This document shows, piece by piece, positions 12,589 to 26,700 of a stretch of 64,000 nt of DNA. Source of the stretch: Malacoraja senta (taxonomy: Eukaryota); contig JAXLNO010000252.1 of the NCBI GenBank assembly GCA_038087875.1, forward strand, positions 62,001 through 126,000. Direction: 5' to 3'. The position numbers were made by a program, and so were the translations under genes. The stretch's first letter is position 1; each line of letters opens with the position of its first letter. The notes under the pieces are model-generated. The model saw nothing but the letters and a program-made list of their open reading frames with translations. It made no database searches and was not told the DNA's origin.

Positions 12589-15500
12589 TCTTGTCCACTC
12601 CTCTTGTATAACGGTTTTTATTTTATCTTTTGTGAGTTTTGCTTTACTTTACGATGGCTACTTCTTGTCGGAAGCCTGAGCCTCTTGTCTTTGATGCCGA
12701 TATCAGCGAACGCTGGGCCACGTTTGAAATTGATTACCAGCACTACATGAACATTGTACACCGAAATGAACCAGATGCTGCCAAGAACTCTGATCCTACA
12801 GTGACGATATCTGTAAACAATGTTGTTTTTGGCGCGAAACTGATACGGTCGCGAAGGTCAATACAATGTCTCAATCAACCTTTTTAACAAGATTAGAGCT
12901 AACGAGCCACTTGTCAAGGACGCGTCCACTTTACATGCTTTTGGTGGGGAGTTGCTAGTTCCTCTGGGCAAAACCAACTTGAAATGTGTACTGAAGAAAA
13001 CAACGAGGGAATTGACCTTCCACGTGTTGAACTTTATCGGTTACTCTGCTTGGCAATCGTGCCTGTCAGGGACTGGGGCTGATTTCCTTTGATAAAACTG
13101 TCCACAAACTGCAAGTTTCTTTTGATCCACTGAATGAATTCCCTGGTCTCTTCGACAACAACCTAGGCAAGTTGCCTGTGTCCTACAAGATTATTACTTA
13201 CCCCAATGTGACACCCGTAATCCGAGCCCCGCACAGATTGTCATTTGCCATGACTGACAGGGTTCACTCTATGCTGAAGGACATGGTCTCCAAAGCCGTA
13301 ATTGAAGCAGTCAGCGACCCCACCGACTGGCTCTCAACCATGATTGCCACAGTCAAGAAGGGAAAGGGTGAAATCCGCCTGTACATTAATCCCAAAGACC
13401 TGAACACTGCCATTAAGCGCCCACACAATCCCATGAAGACAGTACAGGATGTTGCGGCAAAGATCGGAACGGCCACCCTATGTTCTGTCCTAGATGCAAA
13501 GAACTCATTCTGGCAGATACCGCTGGACAAGAGGTCATCAAACCTCAACACATTTGCCAGCCCATTCGGCAGATATAAGTTTCTGAGAATGCCATTCGGG
13601 ATCAACTCCGCCAGTGAAGTCTTCCAAAGAACTATGGAGCAATTATTCGAGGATCTGTCTTGTGCCATTATTGTCGAAGATATCCTTGTCTATGGTAAAG
13701 ACGCAGCAGAACATGACCACAATCTCAGGCTCATTTTGGTGCGTGCTGTCAAGATCAACCTCAAGCTAAATCCTGACAAGTGCAAGTTCAGGGTTCCTGT
13801 GGTCTCCTACGTCGGCCACATCTTCACCCCTGATGGCCTCAAACCCGATCCGAAGAAAACTACTGCCATCACAGAAATGCCTGCACCCACTGACATGAAA
13901 GGCTGCAACGTTTCCTGGGCATGGTAAACTATCTCGGAAAGTTCATACCAAACCTCAGCGAACTAAGCTCCACACTGCGGCAGCTGAACAAAAAGGACAC
14001 TGCATGGTCATGGTTCCAGCAACATCAGGATGCCTTTGATGTTCTAAAATCCAAACTGACCAGTGCACCGACCCTCACTTTTTCGACCTGAAACGTCCGG
14101 TGGTGATCACCTGCGATGCCTCGAAATTCGGGCTCGGCGCAGCCTGCCTGCAACCGTCTGATGATGGCACCCTACTACCTGTCTCGTATGCCTCTCGCAC
14201 CATGACCGACACGGAGCAGCACTACGCGCAAATCGAAAAGGAACTGCTGGCTGTCGTCTTTGCCTGCTCCAAATTCCACGACTTCGTCTATGGCAACACG
14301 TTCACGGTTGAGACGGACCAGCAATCACTGGTGACAATCCTGAACAAGCCTATCCATGCCGCTCCAGCTCGTTTGCAGCGCATGATGATGCAGCTGCAGC
14401 GGTACGACTTCTCTATTACCTACACAAAGGGTAAGGACATGCATGTCGCTGACACACTCTCTCGTGCTCCTCGAGCATCTTGCGAACAACACCCGCATGA
14501 ACGGGAGAATTTCACGGTTCTCGGTGTCGATCTAATCTCCAGCAAGCAACTGCGCATTCTGGCCGCGCACACTGCTAATGATGATATGTTTCAAGCCCTC
14601 TCGTCCATCATCAAAACAGGCTGGCCAGACAAACAATCCAACACGCCCACAGAGATGCAGCCGTACTTCTTGTTCCGTGATGAACTGGTGGTTCAGGATG
14701 GTGTTGTCGTTAAGGGTCACAAGGTAGTGGTACCTTCATCACTACAAGACGAGTACTTCAAAGAGGTACACAGCGGTCACCCAGGAGCCGACTCCACACT
14801 GGCACGCGCCCGGGATCTGTTCTACTGGCCCGGAATGGCCACGTACATCCGGGACCGCGTAGCCTCCTGCCCCACTTGCAACAATCTTGCGCCTCATCAG
14901 CATCGGCAACCCCTTCTGCAACAACCTCCACCAGCACTGCCTTGGTCGTCGCTGGCTGCGGACATTTTCAAATGGTGCGGTAAGCACTACCTCGTTCTGG
15001 TCGACTCATTTTCCAACTAGTTTGAACTTGACCAACTGACCTCCCTCACGTCTGAGATGGTCATCAAGAAGCTGAAAAGACACTTCTCAGCCTATGGCGC
15101 TCCTGTCATTCTGAGAACCGACAATGGTCCACAGTTCACCAGCCACTTGTTCAAGCTTTCCGCAGACCGATGGAACTTCCAGCACGTCACAAGCAGTCCC
15201 GAGTATCCACAGAGTAATGGACTCGCTGAACACGCTGTCAGAAGCGCCAAGCACTTGCTGGAGGGAGCGCGCATTTCAAAGTCAGACGTCTATCTCGATC
15301 TCCTGAATCTCAGAAACATCGCAAGAGACGGAACCTTGGGGTCACCAGCACAGCGGCTGCTGTCGATGGTGACGAGGTCTCCGGTCCCCATCGCACAACA
15401 GCAGCTGGTCCCTCGGGTGCTGAAGCCCGCCACTATCCAGCAACGTCTCCAAGAGAACCACGACATCCAGAAACGGTATTACGACAGTTCCAGCAGAACA

Positions 15501-15984
15501 CTCCAGCCTCTACTGCCGGGTCAGGTCGTCCGTCTACGAACTCCAACTGGACATTCTCGTCTGGGCGTTGTTGTACGCCCGACTGATGAGCCGCGATCGT
15601 ACCTTGTGGACTGTGAGGGAGCGGTATACCGGAGAAGTCGACAACACCTGCTTGCTGTGAAGGAGCCCCGACCAGCGCCTGCTGATCCCTATGCTCCGCC
15701 GCTCCAGTTCCAGCCGCCGTTCGCAATGTCTCCCGCCCGTCCCCGCATGCCTTGCACCCCCCACGTCCCTCGGTCTCCACTAACCACTGGGTTACACCCA
15801 CCGCTTTTTCCCCCCTCGGTCACCACAATCCTCTCCCGTGCGATTTTCACCTTCAGCCTCTCCGCCTAATCCTTCAGTGGAGGGAGGGGATGGTTGGGTC
15901 CGCACGCGCTCGGGCCGTGTTAGTAGACCACCAGACAGGTATGGCGAGTATGTTTAATACACTTCCTTTCCACATTTAATCTTT

Positions 15985-16200
15985 AGGGGGAAGGATGTAG
16001 ATTGATGATGCATGTGAATCAATCACACTTAGCCAGCATCACTAACTCCACCCCATTATAACATTTATACTAACGCCCATTCCCAGCACCGTTAGTTGAA
16101 GCAGCTAGGATGTACTGACAACATCTCGTTTTTAATGCTGCCAAGTTACTGTGCTGATTAAAGATGTGTGTAGATCTTATACAGTCTGAAGTGATTTACA
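15985..16200 (+). repeat. Polypurine tract (15985-15995) and 3' LTR (15996-16200)
   Basis: agggggaagga immediately precedes tgtagattgatg...gtgatttaca. Confidence 0.92.
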
Positions 16201-17620
16201 CAGATCAGTTGCCACTATGGTTTCTAAAGATGTTCGCATCGAAAATAGCACCCATACTCACAGATTCATTCCAGTCCTCAATTGATTGTGGGTCACTACC
16301 ACGACAGTGGAAGGAAGCAAACATCTGTGCAATATTTGAGAAGGGCAATAAGACTGCGCCTGAGAATTACAGACCTTCACTGACCAGTGTTACATGTAAG
16401 ATCATGGAACACATCATACACTCTCACATCATGGACCTTTTCCAAAATAATGGGATACTGGTGGACCCACAACATGGCTTCAGAGCAAAACGTTCAACGG
16501 AAACACAACTTGTTGTCACTATTGATAACATCACGAGGGCATTAGATAAGGGGAAATCTATACATATGGCAATCCTGGACTTTTCAAAAGCATTCGATAA
16601 AGTTCCTCATGAAAGTCTCCTAGGAAAACTGGATTACTATGGCATCAGAAATAGTCTACATAACAGGATTAGGGACTTTCTCACAAACCGGACGCAGAGG
16701 GTGGCCTGTGAAGGAAACATTTCTTTAGACAAACAAGTACTGTCAGGAGTACCGCAAGACACGGTCCTTGGACCACTGTTGTTCCTGACGTACATTAATG
16801 ATCTACCTGAACACATAAGTTGTAAAACAAGACTCTTCACAGATGATTGTCTTGTATATACACCTGTCACTGAAGCAGAGGATGTGAACTCCTTATAAGA
16901 AGACCATAAGTCCTTGAAAATAAGGCAAAACACATGGAAGATGAGCTTCAACCCAACCAAATGCTCAATTATGGTAATTTCAAACAAGAAGAAACCACTT
17001 ACTCGAGACAACGTCTTCTGTGGACAAATACTTCATCGTACAAGTTCACAGACATACCTTGGAGTTCATCTTGATAGCAAGTTTTCGTGGGGGGAACACA
17101 TGGACAACACGGTCTCCAAAGCCAACTGGACACTAGGATTCCTTGGATGAAACCTCTGGTTCAGCCCAAAGGAAGTGAAAACCACAGCATATCCAACATT
17201 GGTTAGACCCTTACTGGAATACGCTTCATGCGCCTGAGACCCATACAAAACTGGTCATATCAACAAACTAGAAGGGGTACAGAGGAAAGCAGCACGCTTT
17301 TGCATCGGGAACTACAATAGTGGTAGCAGTGTCACCCAGATGCTGTCCGACCTGGAGTGGGAAACGCTGGAAACAAGAAGGGCAAGGAACAGACTTGCCA
17401 TGTTGTACAAGATTCAAAAGGGGATGGTGGGCATAACTGCAGATAGATACATAACATATTCAACAGAAAGGAGAACAAGAAAGAGAAATGATATGCAAAT
17501 AGAAACCCCAATCGCCAGGACAGATATTTATAAGAACTCATTCTTGGTAAGAACCTTAAGGGAATGGAATAAACTAGACAACAATACAGTTAAATCATCT
17601 TCTCTAGACAGTTTTGGGGG
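16201..17620 (+). mobile_element. Non-LTR retrotransposon (probably RTE-X-like), degraded, 5' part cut off at the Gypsy LTR
   Basis: [46 protein letters not shown]; stops and frameshifts. The clade assignment is tentative. Confidence 0.75.
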
Positions 17621-17764
17621 GCACTGACAGCACGTTAGGCGGGGAGACACCGCGCCGGGTAACCCCGGCCTCTCCCTCCCGATTGCTCGGCTCCAGGGAC
17701 ACCGGGTTTCTGCCCCACAGCCCCTGAGCCCCGCTCCTGACGCCGGTCCCGGGACCCGACCCTT

Positions 17765-20700
17765 TTACACACCCGGAGCGGAACCGGAACAGATTCTTAG
17801 CCAGTTTCCATCCCAAGGCCCGAAAAAAGGATAAAGTTTCTCCGTGAATTTATTCCCAGTGAAGGTGTGGAGATGGGACTTGGTGTCCGCTTCGTAAAAT
17901 GTAACTGTCCCGGACTCGTAACTGAGATAAACTCCCACCCTCCCGGGGAAGGGACGGGCGGGGAGAGGGGATTGAGGGGAGGTGGCTGCATCAAACCCGT
18001 CATGCCACCGCCTGATGATCCAGACTCCAGTCTCCGGGGTCAGTGTGAGCCCTCCCTTCCTCTCCACAGACTCTGCGGCGACTCCCAGACCCCAGCGCCG
18101 ACTCCCCGCCACCTGCACCTCCCAGTAATGTCTCCCCGATGTGAATCCCTCCGACCCCAGCACATACTCATACATTGTAAACCTCTTCCCGGTGTCAGGG
18201 AGACTCCTCCAGGTCCCGGTCCGTCTCACCGTCTTCCGATCCTCAGACACCTCGAGCAGCGGATGCGCTGTTTCCACATCCAGGGTGACGGAGACTGGGG
18301 GGAGAAGCAGAGAATCAGAGAGTCCCCGGGGGTCGGGGGGAAACTCGGGCAGCAGAGGCCCCGGGACCGTGGGAGAGGCCGCTCGGCCTCAGGCACAGGC
18401 GGGCGGACAACTGACACCGTGTCGATGGGTTCTCCCCAACAACATCGGATGGACAACAGACATGTGTCACGGAGTTTTTAATCTGGGGATGGAGAGGGGA
18501 ATTTCGTGAGGTGGACGAATGCGGAGAGTGAGGAGGATTGCGAGATTGCGATGGGGATAGAGAAATGAAGCGGGCTATTCAGAGATGGAGGCATGTCGGA
18601 GAAGAAGATATTGAGGTGAGTGACAATTTGAGTTTGTTAAAGAGCAGGTAGAGTTGTGGGGTGGGGTGGAGTTGCCATGATCATAGTGAATGGGGGTAGA
18701 CATGAGGGGCCAGATGACTTGCTCCTGTTTCTTTGAATGGAGGGTGAGAGAGGGGGGGGTGGTTTGGACCATGGAAGGAAGCAGAGGTTCAATGATCGGG
18801 TGTTCGGCAGAATGGGTGGAGATGATAATATCCGAGTTAATAGTAAAATATTTTGTAATTAGAATTGATTCAGTAAAGATTAATTTGACTTATTTGGGTT
18901 TTGAGGAAACTAAAGCTTTGTAATTCTGTGCTGTACAAGAGCTGGGTAATCAGGAAGTTATAGGCCGGCATTCAAGCTGCTTCCTGTTATGCCCAAGCAA
19001 AAAAAAACATTTCAATAGTGCGAGAGGATGTATTTCCTGAGAAGGTGGTAGCTTCTGTAAACAGAAGCCTTCTGGTTGGTAGCTGACATCATGATTACAT
19101 TGTTAAGACAGAATTGTAAATGTTGACGGTACACAAAAATGCTGGAGAAACTCAGCGGGTGCAGCAGCATCTATGGAGCGAAGGAAATAGGCAACGTTTC
19201 GGGCCGAAACCATTCTTCAGACTGATAGGGGGTGGGGAGAAGAGAAGTAAATGTTGACTAAGTTCCTGTTGTTTCGAAGTTTGTGATCAACAATTTGTGA
19301 TTGATAGAACCACAAGATGACAATTATTGTATAGGTAACAAGAAAACTTTGAATGGGTATACTCTGTGATTTATTTGTGTTAGACATCATTGTTGCTACT
19401 CTGTATAAACATGTGACTACGTTTCCAAAATACTATACATTGATGCTGTATGAATTTGTTCATTCGAGTGGTGGCTCAGGAGGGTTAAGTATCTGTTGTA
19501 TACTTTACTTTGTATCCCTGGCACTCGCCGGCTAATGATCAGTAAAGCTTGTGTTGGTGTACCTAACCTATTGTGAGTTGTCTGTTTTAAGAAATGAACC
19601 TTAACAGAGACTTGTGGTTACACAAAAATGCTGGAGAAACTCAGCGGGTACAGCAGCATCTAAGAGACTTGTGGTTGTTGGGTCACTGAAAGAGAGGGGA
19701 TTCACAGGTGGATTTGATGGATTTGGACAACGAAGCGCACACTGATTTCATTTTAACCAATACAGAACTTCACTGTGAGACTTGACAGTGTAAGGCTGGT
19801 CCAGAAGGTAAAGATAGGTGGGATCAAAGGCGAGCTGGTAAAATGGATCCAAAATTGGCTTGGTGGTTGGAGGTTGAATGTAGCGGTAGAAGGATGATAT
19901 TTCTGCTTGGAGGTCTGTGACTGGTTGAGTGCAGCAGAGATTGGTGCTGCAACCTTTGCTGTTTATGATATATTTTCACAGCTTGGATGTGAATGTAGGA
20001 GGCGTGATTAGTAAGTCTGTGGAGGACGCAGAAATTGTGGATAGCAGGGAAGGTTGTCAAAGTCTGCAGCAGGATATCGGGTAGATTATCAAAATCGTAT
20101 TCGCCTGCAGGGAGATCAGATCAAGAGAGTGCATGCTTATCATGAGAACAAGGAATTTTAAAGTGGATCTGAGTTGGAAGTTTTCTTTGCACTGTGAGTG
20201 GGTGATATATGGAACATGCTACAGAGGAGGTGGTGGAGTGAGATACAATCACTATATTTGTGGCAATTAAATACGTGAGGTGTAGAATACCGATGTAATG
20301 TTTCAAATCAATTAGTATATCAGGGGAAAAGGTGGACAAGCATGTGATGGGCCAAAGGGCCTGATTCTGTAATGTACAACCATGGCTCTCGGCTCCAAGA
20401 GCACTGAATGACTGAGTCTCCACAGCCACCGGTCCAAGGAATTCCAAAGGTTCCCCATGCGTGCAGTAATGTCTCCTTATGTTACACAAAAATGCTGGAG
20501 AAACTCAGCAGGTGCAGCAGCATCTATGGATTGAAGGAAATAGGCAACGTTTCGGGCCGAAACCCTTCTTCAGAATGTCTCCTTATCTCTGTCCTACTTG
20601 GTGCAGCCCATATTCTGAGATGGTGCCCGTTCTCCAGCCCCTCAGACGGGGGAAACATCCTCCCTGCATCCAGCCCACTGAGCCCTGTAAGAACTTTGTG

Positions 20701-23700
20701 TTTCACTGAGACCTCCTCCTATACACCCGAACTCTCGAGTACACAGGGTTAGTCTACTCAAACGTATTGTCCCAGGAACAAGTATTGTTGATCTTTGCTG
20801 CATTTCCTCTGTGTCAAATCTGTGTCAATTTATCGGTACACAGCAGCATAGGAACACAAGAAAGGAGTAGGATTAGGATCTGCTCCTCAGGCTTGCCCCT
20901 CCATTCAATGTGATCATGGCTGATCTAAGGTGGCACCAATTCCTCTTCTGTGTGAGTTCCCCATAATCTTAATTTTTCCATCTATCAAATATTAAATTTT
21001 AGCCAAATTGCAGATATCCAATAACTCAGCTTTTCACCACCATCTTGGGCACAATATTCCAGATATCCACTGCCCTCTGAGCGAAGCAACTTCTACACAC
21101 CGCATGAGAGGCCGCTCTGGAAGGTTGGATCTCATGGAATCCGGGGTGAACTAGCCGATGCAATACAACATTTACCTGAAGGTCGCAGACAGAGGATGTT
21201 GGTAGAGGGTCGTTTTTCAGACTGGAGACAGAGTCCACTGTTGTTCCTTATTTATATACATGATTGGGTGTGTATGTAGATTGCACTGTTAGTCAGTTTG
21301 CAGATGAAACTAAAATTGGTGACATTGTGGAGAGTGAAGAAAGTTATCTGAGAGTAAATGGGATCTCTGTGAACTGGGCCAATGGGCTCAGGAACGGCAT
21401 GTGGGATTTATTCATGTGAAGGTGAGGTGATGCATTTTGCTGAGACAAACCAGGGCAGGACGTACACAGTACACGGTGAACTTTATAGAATTGAGAGATC
21501 TCGGGCTGCAGGTACACAGTGCCATGCAAGATGCAACAGTGGCAGGGTGGTGAAGAATGTGTTTGTCACTCAAGCTTTATAGGTCAGGATATTAAATACA
21601 TCGCTTGACACAATGAGGTTGTTAGCAAATGAGAGAGGTTGCGAAAGGATTTATGATATTTTCATTGTCTGAAGGACTGGGTTATAAGGAGACGTTGGAC
21701 AGGCAAGGATATTTTTCTTTGGAGCCCATCAGAATTCTTTTATAGATGTGTATAAGATCTATATAAGGTGCACAGTTAAAGTGAATAGCCACAGTATTTT
21801 ACCCAAGGCAGGAGAGTCTAAACCTTTGACTATGATGCTTCCCAACTGATGAGTTTAGTGGTAGATCAAATCTCCAATTTCCCTTCTGTCCACAATAGAA
21901 TTAATCTTTGCATCCAGGTATTGCATAAAGATGTATAGGAATGAGCAGCAGATGCTAGTTTCAACCGAAGATAGACTCAAAAAGCTGGCGTAACTCAGCG
22001 GGACAGGCGGCATCTCTGGAGAGAAGGAATGGGTGATGTTTCGTTTCAAGACCCTTCTTCAGACTGGTTATGGATAAGGGAAACAAGAGATATAGGCGAT
22101 GATGTAAAGAGATAAAGAACAATGAATGGAAGATATGCAAAATATAACGATGAGATGAAACAGGCCATTGTTAGCTATTTGTTAGGCAAAAATTACAAAC
22201 TAGTGTGTCTTGGGTGGGGAGGGAAAGAGAGAGGGAATGCCGGGGCTACCTGAAGTTAGAGAAATCAACATTTCATACCACTGGGCTGTAAACTGCCCAA
22301 GCAAAATATGAGATGCTGATCCTCCAATTTGCATTCATCCTCACTCTGACAATGGAGGAGACCTAGGACAGAAAGGTCTGTGTTGGAATGGAAAGGAAAA
22401 TTAAAGTGTTTAGCCACCGAGAGATCAGGTAGGCTCAGGCAGACTGAGCCTAGCTGTTCAGTGAAACGATCGCCCAGTCTGCGTTTGGTCTCATTGATGT
22501 ATAAGAGTCCACATCTTGAACAATGGATACAGTAGATGAGGTTGGAGGAGGTGCAAGTGAACCTCTGCCTAACCTGAAAGGACTGTTGGGGTTCCTGGAC
22601 AGAGTCAAGAGAGGAGGTGTTGGGACCGGTGTTGCATCTTCTGCGGTTGCAGGGGAACATACTGGGGAGGGGGTGGTTTAGGTGGGAAGGTACGAGTTAA
22701 CCAAGGAGTTGCAGAGGGAATGGTCTTTGCGGTAGGCAGAAAGGGGAGGAGATGGGAAAATGTGGCTAGTGGTGGGATCCCGTTGGAGGTGGCGGAAATT
22801 TTGGAGGATTATGTGCTGTGTGTGGCGGCTGATGGGGTGAAAGGTAAGGACAAGGGGAACCCTGTCTAAGTTGTGACTAGGGGAAGGGGGAACAAGGGCA
22901 CAGTTGCGGGGTATCGAGGAGACATGAGTGTGGGCCTCATCTATGATGGCAGAGGGGAACCCCCGTTCTCTAAAGAATGAGGACATCTCGGATTTCCTGG
23001 TATGGAACACCTCATCTTGGGCGCAGATGCAAGTGAACCTTTGCCTAACCCGAAAGGACTGTTGGGGTTCCTGGACAGAGTCAAGAGAGGAGGTGTAGGT
23101 GTAGGAAGGGCAAGGGGCAGAGGCAGGGACTAGTGAGTACCCCGGTGGCTGTACACCTTGAAAATAAGTACTCCTGTTTGAGTACTGTTGGGGAGGACAG
23201 CCTACCTGGGGGTAGCGACAGCGGCCGGGCCTCCGGTACAGAGACCGGCCCTATTGCACAGAAGGGTAGGGAAAAGAAGAGGAGGGCAATAGTAATAGGG
23301 GACTCTATGGTTAAGGGGTCGGATAGGCGATTCTGTGGACGCAGTCAGGTGACCCGGATGGGAGTTTGCCTCCCTGGTGCCAGGGTCAGGGATGTGTCTG
23401 AACGCGTCCAAGATATCCTGAAATCGGAGGGAGAGGAGCCTGAGGTTGTGGTACATATAGGTACCAATGACATAGGCAGAAAAAGAGAAGAGGTCCTGAA
23501 AGGAGAATTTAGGGAGTTGGGAGGAGAGTTGAGGAGAAGGACAGCAAAGGTAACAATCTCAGTATTAATACCTGTGCCACGCGACAGTGAGAGTAGGAAT
23601 GGAATGAGGTGGAGGATAAATGCGTGGCTGAGGAACTGGTGCAGCGGGCAGGGATTCAAATTTCTGGATCATTGGGACCTCTTTTGGGGAAGGTGTGACC

Positions 23701-26700
23701 TGTACAGAAAGGACGGGTTGCACTTGAACCTGAGAGGGACCAATATCCTGGCGGGGAGATTTGCAAAGGCTACTGGGGAGACTTTAAACTAGAACGGTTG
23801 GGGGGAGGGACTCAAATAGAGAAAGCTAGTAGAAAATGTGGGAGGCAGGAGGCAGAGAAGGGAAGCACTCGGACCCAAAATGTAGGGGAGAAAGAAGAAA
23901 AAGATAATAAACAGAGAATAAGTGGTGGTTGGTTTCTTAAATGTGTATATTTTAATGCTAGGAGCATTGTATGAAAGGTGGATGAGCTTCGAGCCTGGAT
24001 TGACACCTGGAAGTATGATATTGTGGCGATCAGTGAAACATGGTTGCAGGAGGGCTGTGATTGGAAACTAAATATTCCCGGATTTTGTTGCTTCAGGGGT
24101 GATAGAATTGGAGTGTCAAGAGGTGGGGGTGTTGCATTGCTTGTCAAAGAAGATATTACAGCAGTGCTTTGGCAGGATAGATTTGAGGGCCCGTCTAGGG
24201 AGGCTATTTGGGTGGAACTGAGAAATGGGAAAGGTATAGCAACACTTATAGGGGTGTATTATAGACCGCCAAATGCGGAGCGAAAATTGGAAGCGCAAAT
24301 ATGTAAGGAGATGGCAGATATTAGTAGTAAGCACAAGGTAGTGATTGTGGGAGATTTCAATTTTCCACACATAGACTGGGAAACACATTCAGTAAAAGGG
24401 CTGGATGGTTTGGAATTTGTAAAATGTGTGCAAGATAATTTTTTGCAGCAATACATAGAGGTACCTACAAGAGATGGGGCAGTGCTGGACCTCCTGTTAG
24501 GAAATGAGACAGGACAGGTGGCGGAGGTATGCGTTGGGGAGCACTTCGGGTCCTGTGATCACAATACCATTAGTTTCAATATAATTATGGAGAGGGTCAG
24601 AACTGGACCTAGAGTTGAGATTTTTTATTGGAGAAAGGCTAACTTTGAGGCGATGCGAAAGGATTTAAAAGGAGTGAATTGGGACATGTTGTTTTATGGG
24701 AAGGATGTAGAAGAGAAATGGAGGACACTAAAGGTGACATTTTAAGAGTACATAATCTTTATGTCCCTGTTCGGTTTAAAGGAAATAGTAAACATTGGAA
24801 ATAGCAATGGTTTTCACGGGAAATTGGACACTTGGTTCGGAAAAAGAGAGAGATCTACAATAATTATAGGCAGCATGGAGTAAATGAGGTGCTTGAGGAG
24901 TATAAAGAATGTAAAAAGAATATTAAGAAAGAAATTAGAAAAGCTAAAAGAAGATATGAGGTTGCTTTGGCAAGTAAGGTGAAAGTAAATCCAAAGGGTT
25001 TCTACAGCTACATTAATAGCAAAAGGAAAACAAGGAATAAAATTGGTCCATTAGAGAGTCAGAGAGGACAGCTATCTACAGAATCAAAAGAGATGGGGGA
25101 GATATTGAACAATTTCTTGTCTTCGGTATTCACCAAGGAGAAGGATATGGAATTATGTGAGGTAAGGGAAACAAGCAGTGTAGCAATGGAAACTATGAGA
25201 TTCAAAGAAGAGGAGGTGCGGACTCTTTTAAAAAATATGAAAATGGATACGTTTCCAGGTCCTGACAGGATATTCCCTAGGACATTGAGGGAAGTTAGTG
25301 TAGAAATAGCAGGGGCTATGACAGAAATATTTCAAATGTCATTAGAAACGGGAATAGTGCCGGAGGATTGGCGTACTGCGCATGTTGTTCCGTTGTTTAA
25401 AAACCTAGCAATTATAGACCTGTTAGATTGACGTCAGTGGTGGGCAAATTAATGGAAAGGATACTTAAAGATAATATATATAAGCATCTGGATAAGCAGG
25501 GTCTAATTAGGAACAGTCAACAAGGGTTTGTGCCTGGAAGGTCATGTTTGACTAAACTTCTTGAAATTTTCGAAGAGGTTACTAGGGAAATTGATGAGGG
25601 TAAAACAGTGGATGTTGTCCATATGGACTTCAGTAAGGCCTTTGACAAGGTTCCTCATGGAAGGTTGGTTAAGAAGATTCAATTGTTGGGTATTAATGAT
25701 GGAGTAGCAAGATTGATTCAACAGTGGCTGAATGGGAGATGCCAGAGAGTAATGGTGGATGGCTGTTTGTCAGGTTGGAGGCCGGTGACTAGTGGGGTGC
25801 CTCAGTGTGTTGGGTCCACTGTTGTTTGTCATGTACATCAATGATCTGGATGATGGTGTGGAAAATTGGATTAGTAAGTATGCAGATGATACTAAGATAG
25901 GTGGTGTTGTGGATAATGAAGTAGATTTTCAAAGTCTACAGAGAGATTTAGGCCATTTGGAAGAGTGGGCTGAAAGATGGCAGATGGAGTTTAATGCTGA
26001 CAAATGTGAGGTGCTACATCTCGGCAGGACAAATCAAAATTGGACGTACATGGTAAATGGTAGCGAATTGAGGAATGCAGTTGAACAGAGGGATCTAGGA
26101 ATAACTGTGCATAGTTCCCTGAAGGTGGAATCTCATGTAAATAGGGTGGTAAAGAAAGCTTTTGGTGTGCTGGCCTTTATAAATCAGAGCATTGAATATA
26201 GAAGTTGTGATGTAATGTTAAAATTGTACAAGGCATTGGTGAGGCCAATTCTGGAGTACGGAGTGCAATTTTGGTTGCCTAATTATAGGAAGAATGTCAA
26301 CAAAATAGAGAGAATACAGAGGAGATTTACTAGAATGTTGCCTGGGTTTCAGCAACTAAGTTACAGAGAAAGGTTGAACAAGTTAGGTCTTTATTCTTTG
26401 GAACGCAGAAGGTTAAGAGGGGACATGATAGAGGTCTTTAAAATGATGAGCGGGTTAGACAGAGTTGACGCGGATAAGCTTTTCCCATTGAGAGTAGGGA
26501 AGATTCAAACAAGGGGACATGACTTGAGAATTAAGGGACAGAAGTTTAGGGGTAACATTAGGGGGAACTTCTTTACTCAGAGAGTGGTAGCTGTGTGGAA
26601 TGAGCTTCAAGTGGAAGTGGTGAAGGCAGGTTCAATTTTATCCTTTAAAAATAGATTGGATGGGTACATGGACGGGAAAGGAATGGAGGGTTATGGTCTG

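Larger units (their letters stand above)
12367..16200 (+). mobile_element. Decayed Ty3/Gypsy LTR retrotransposon
   Basis: Two ~205-bp TG...CA LTRs, a PBS and a PPT. RT (LDAKNSFWQI, RMPFGINSASEVFQ), RNase H (TCDASKFGLGA, YAQIEKELLA) and integrase (H-SGH...C-PT-C, TDNGPQF, YPQSNGLAE) lie in RT-RH-INT order, with frameshifts, a stop and a largely deleted gag. Confidence 0.93.

Noticed and set aside
17867..18481. 204-aa plus-strand ORF
   Set aside because: Antisense shadow of the GC-rich SPRY exon; its counterpart in the other arm is much shorter.
23133..23792. Stand-alone SGNH esterase host gene
   Set aside because: It is CR1 ORF1, directly followed by APE, RT and tail.
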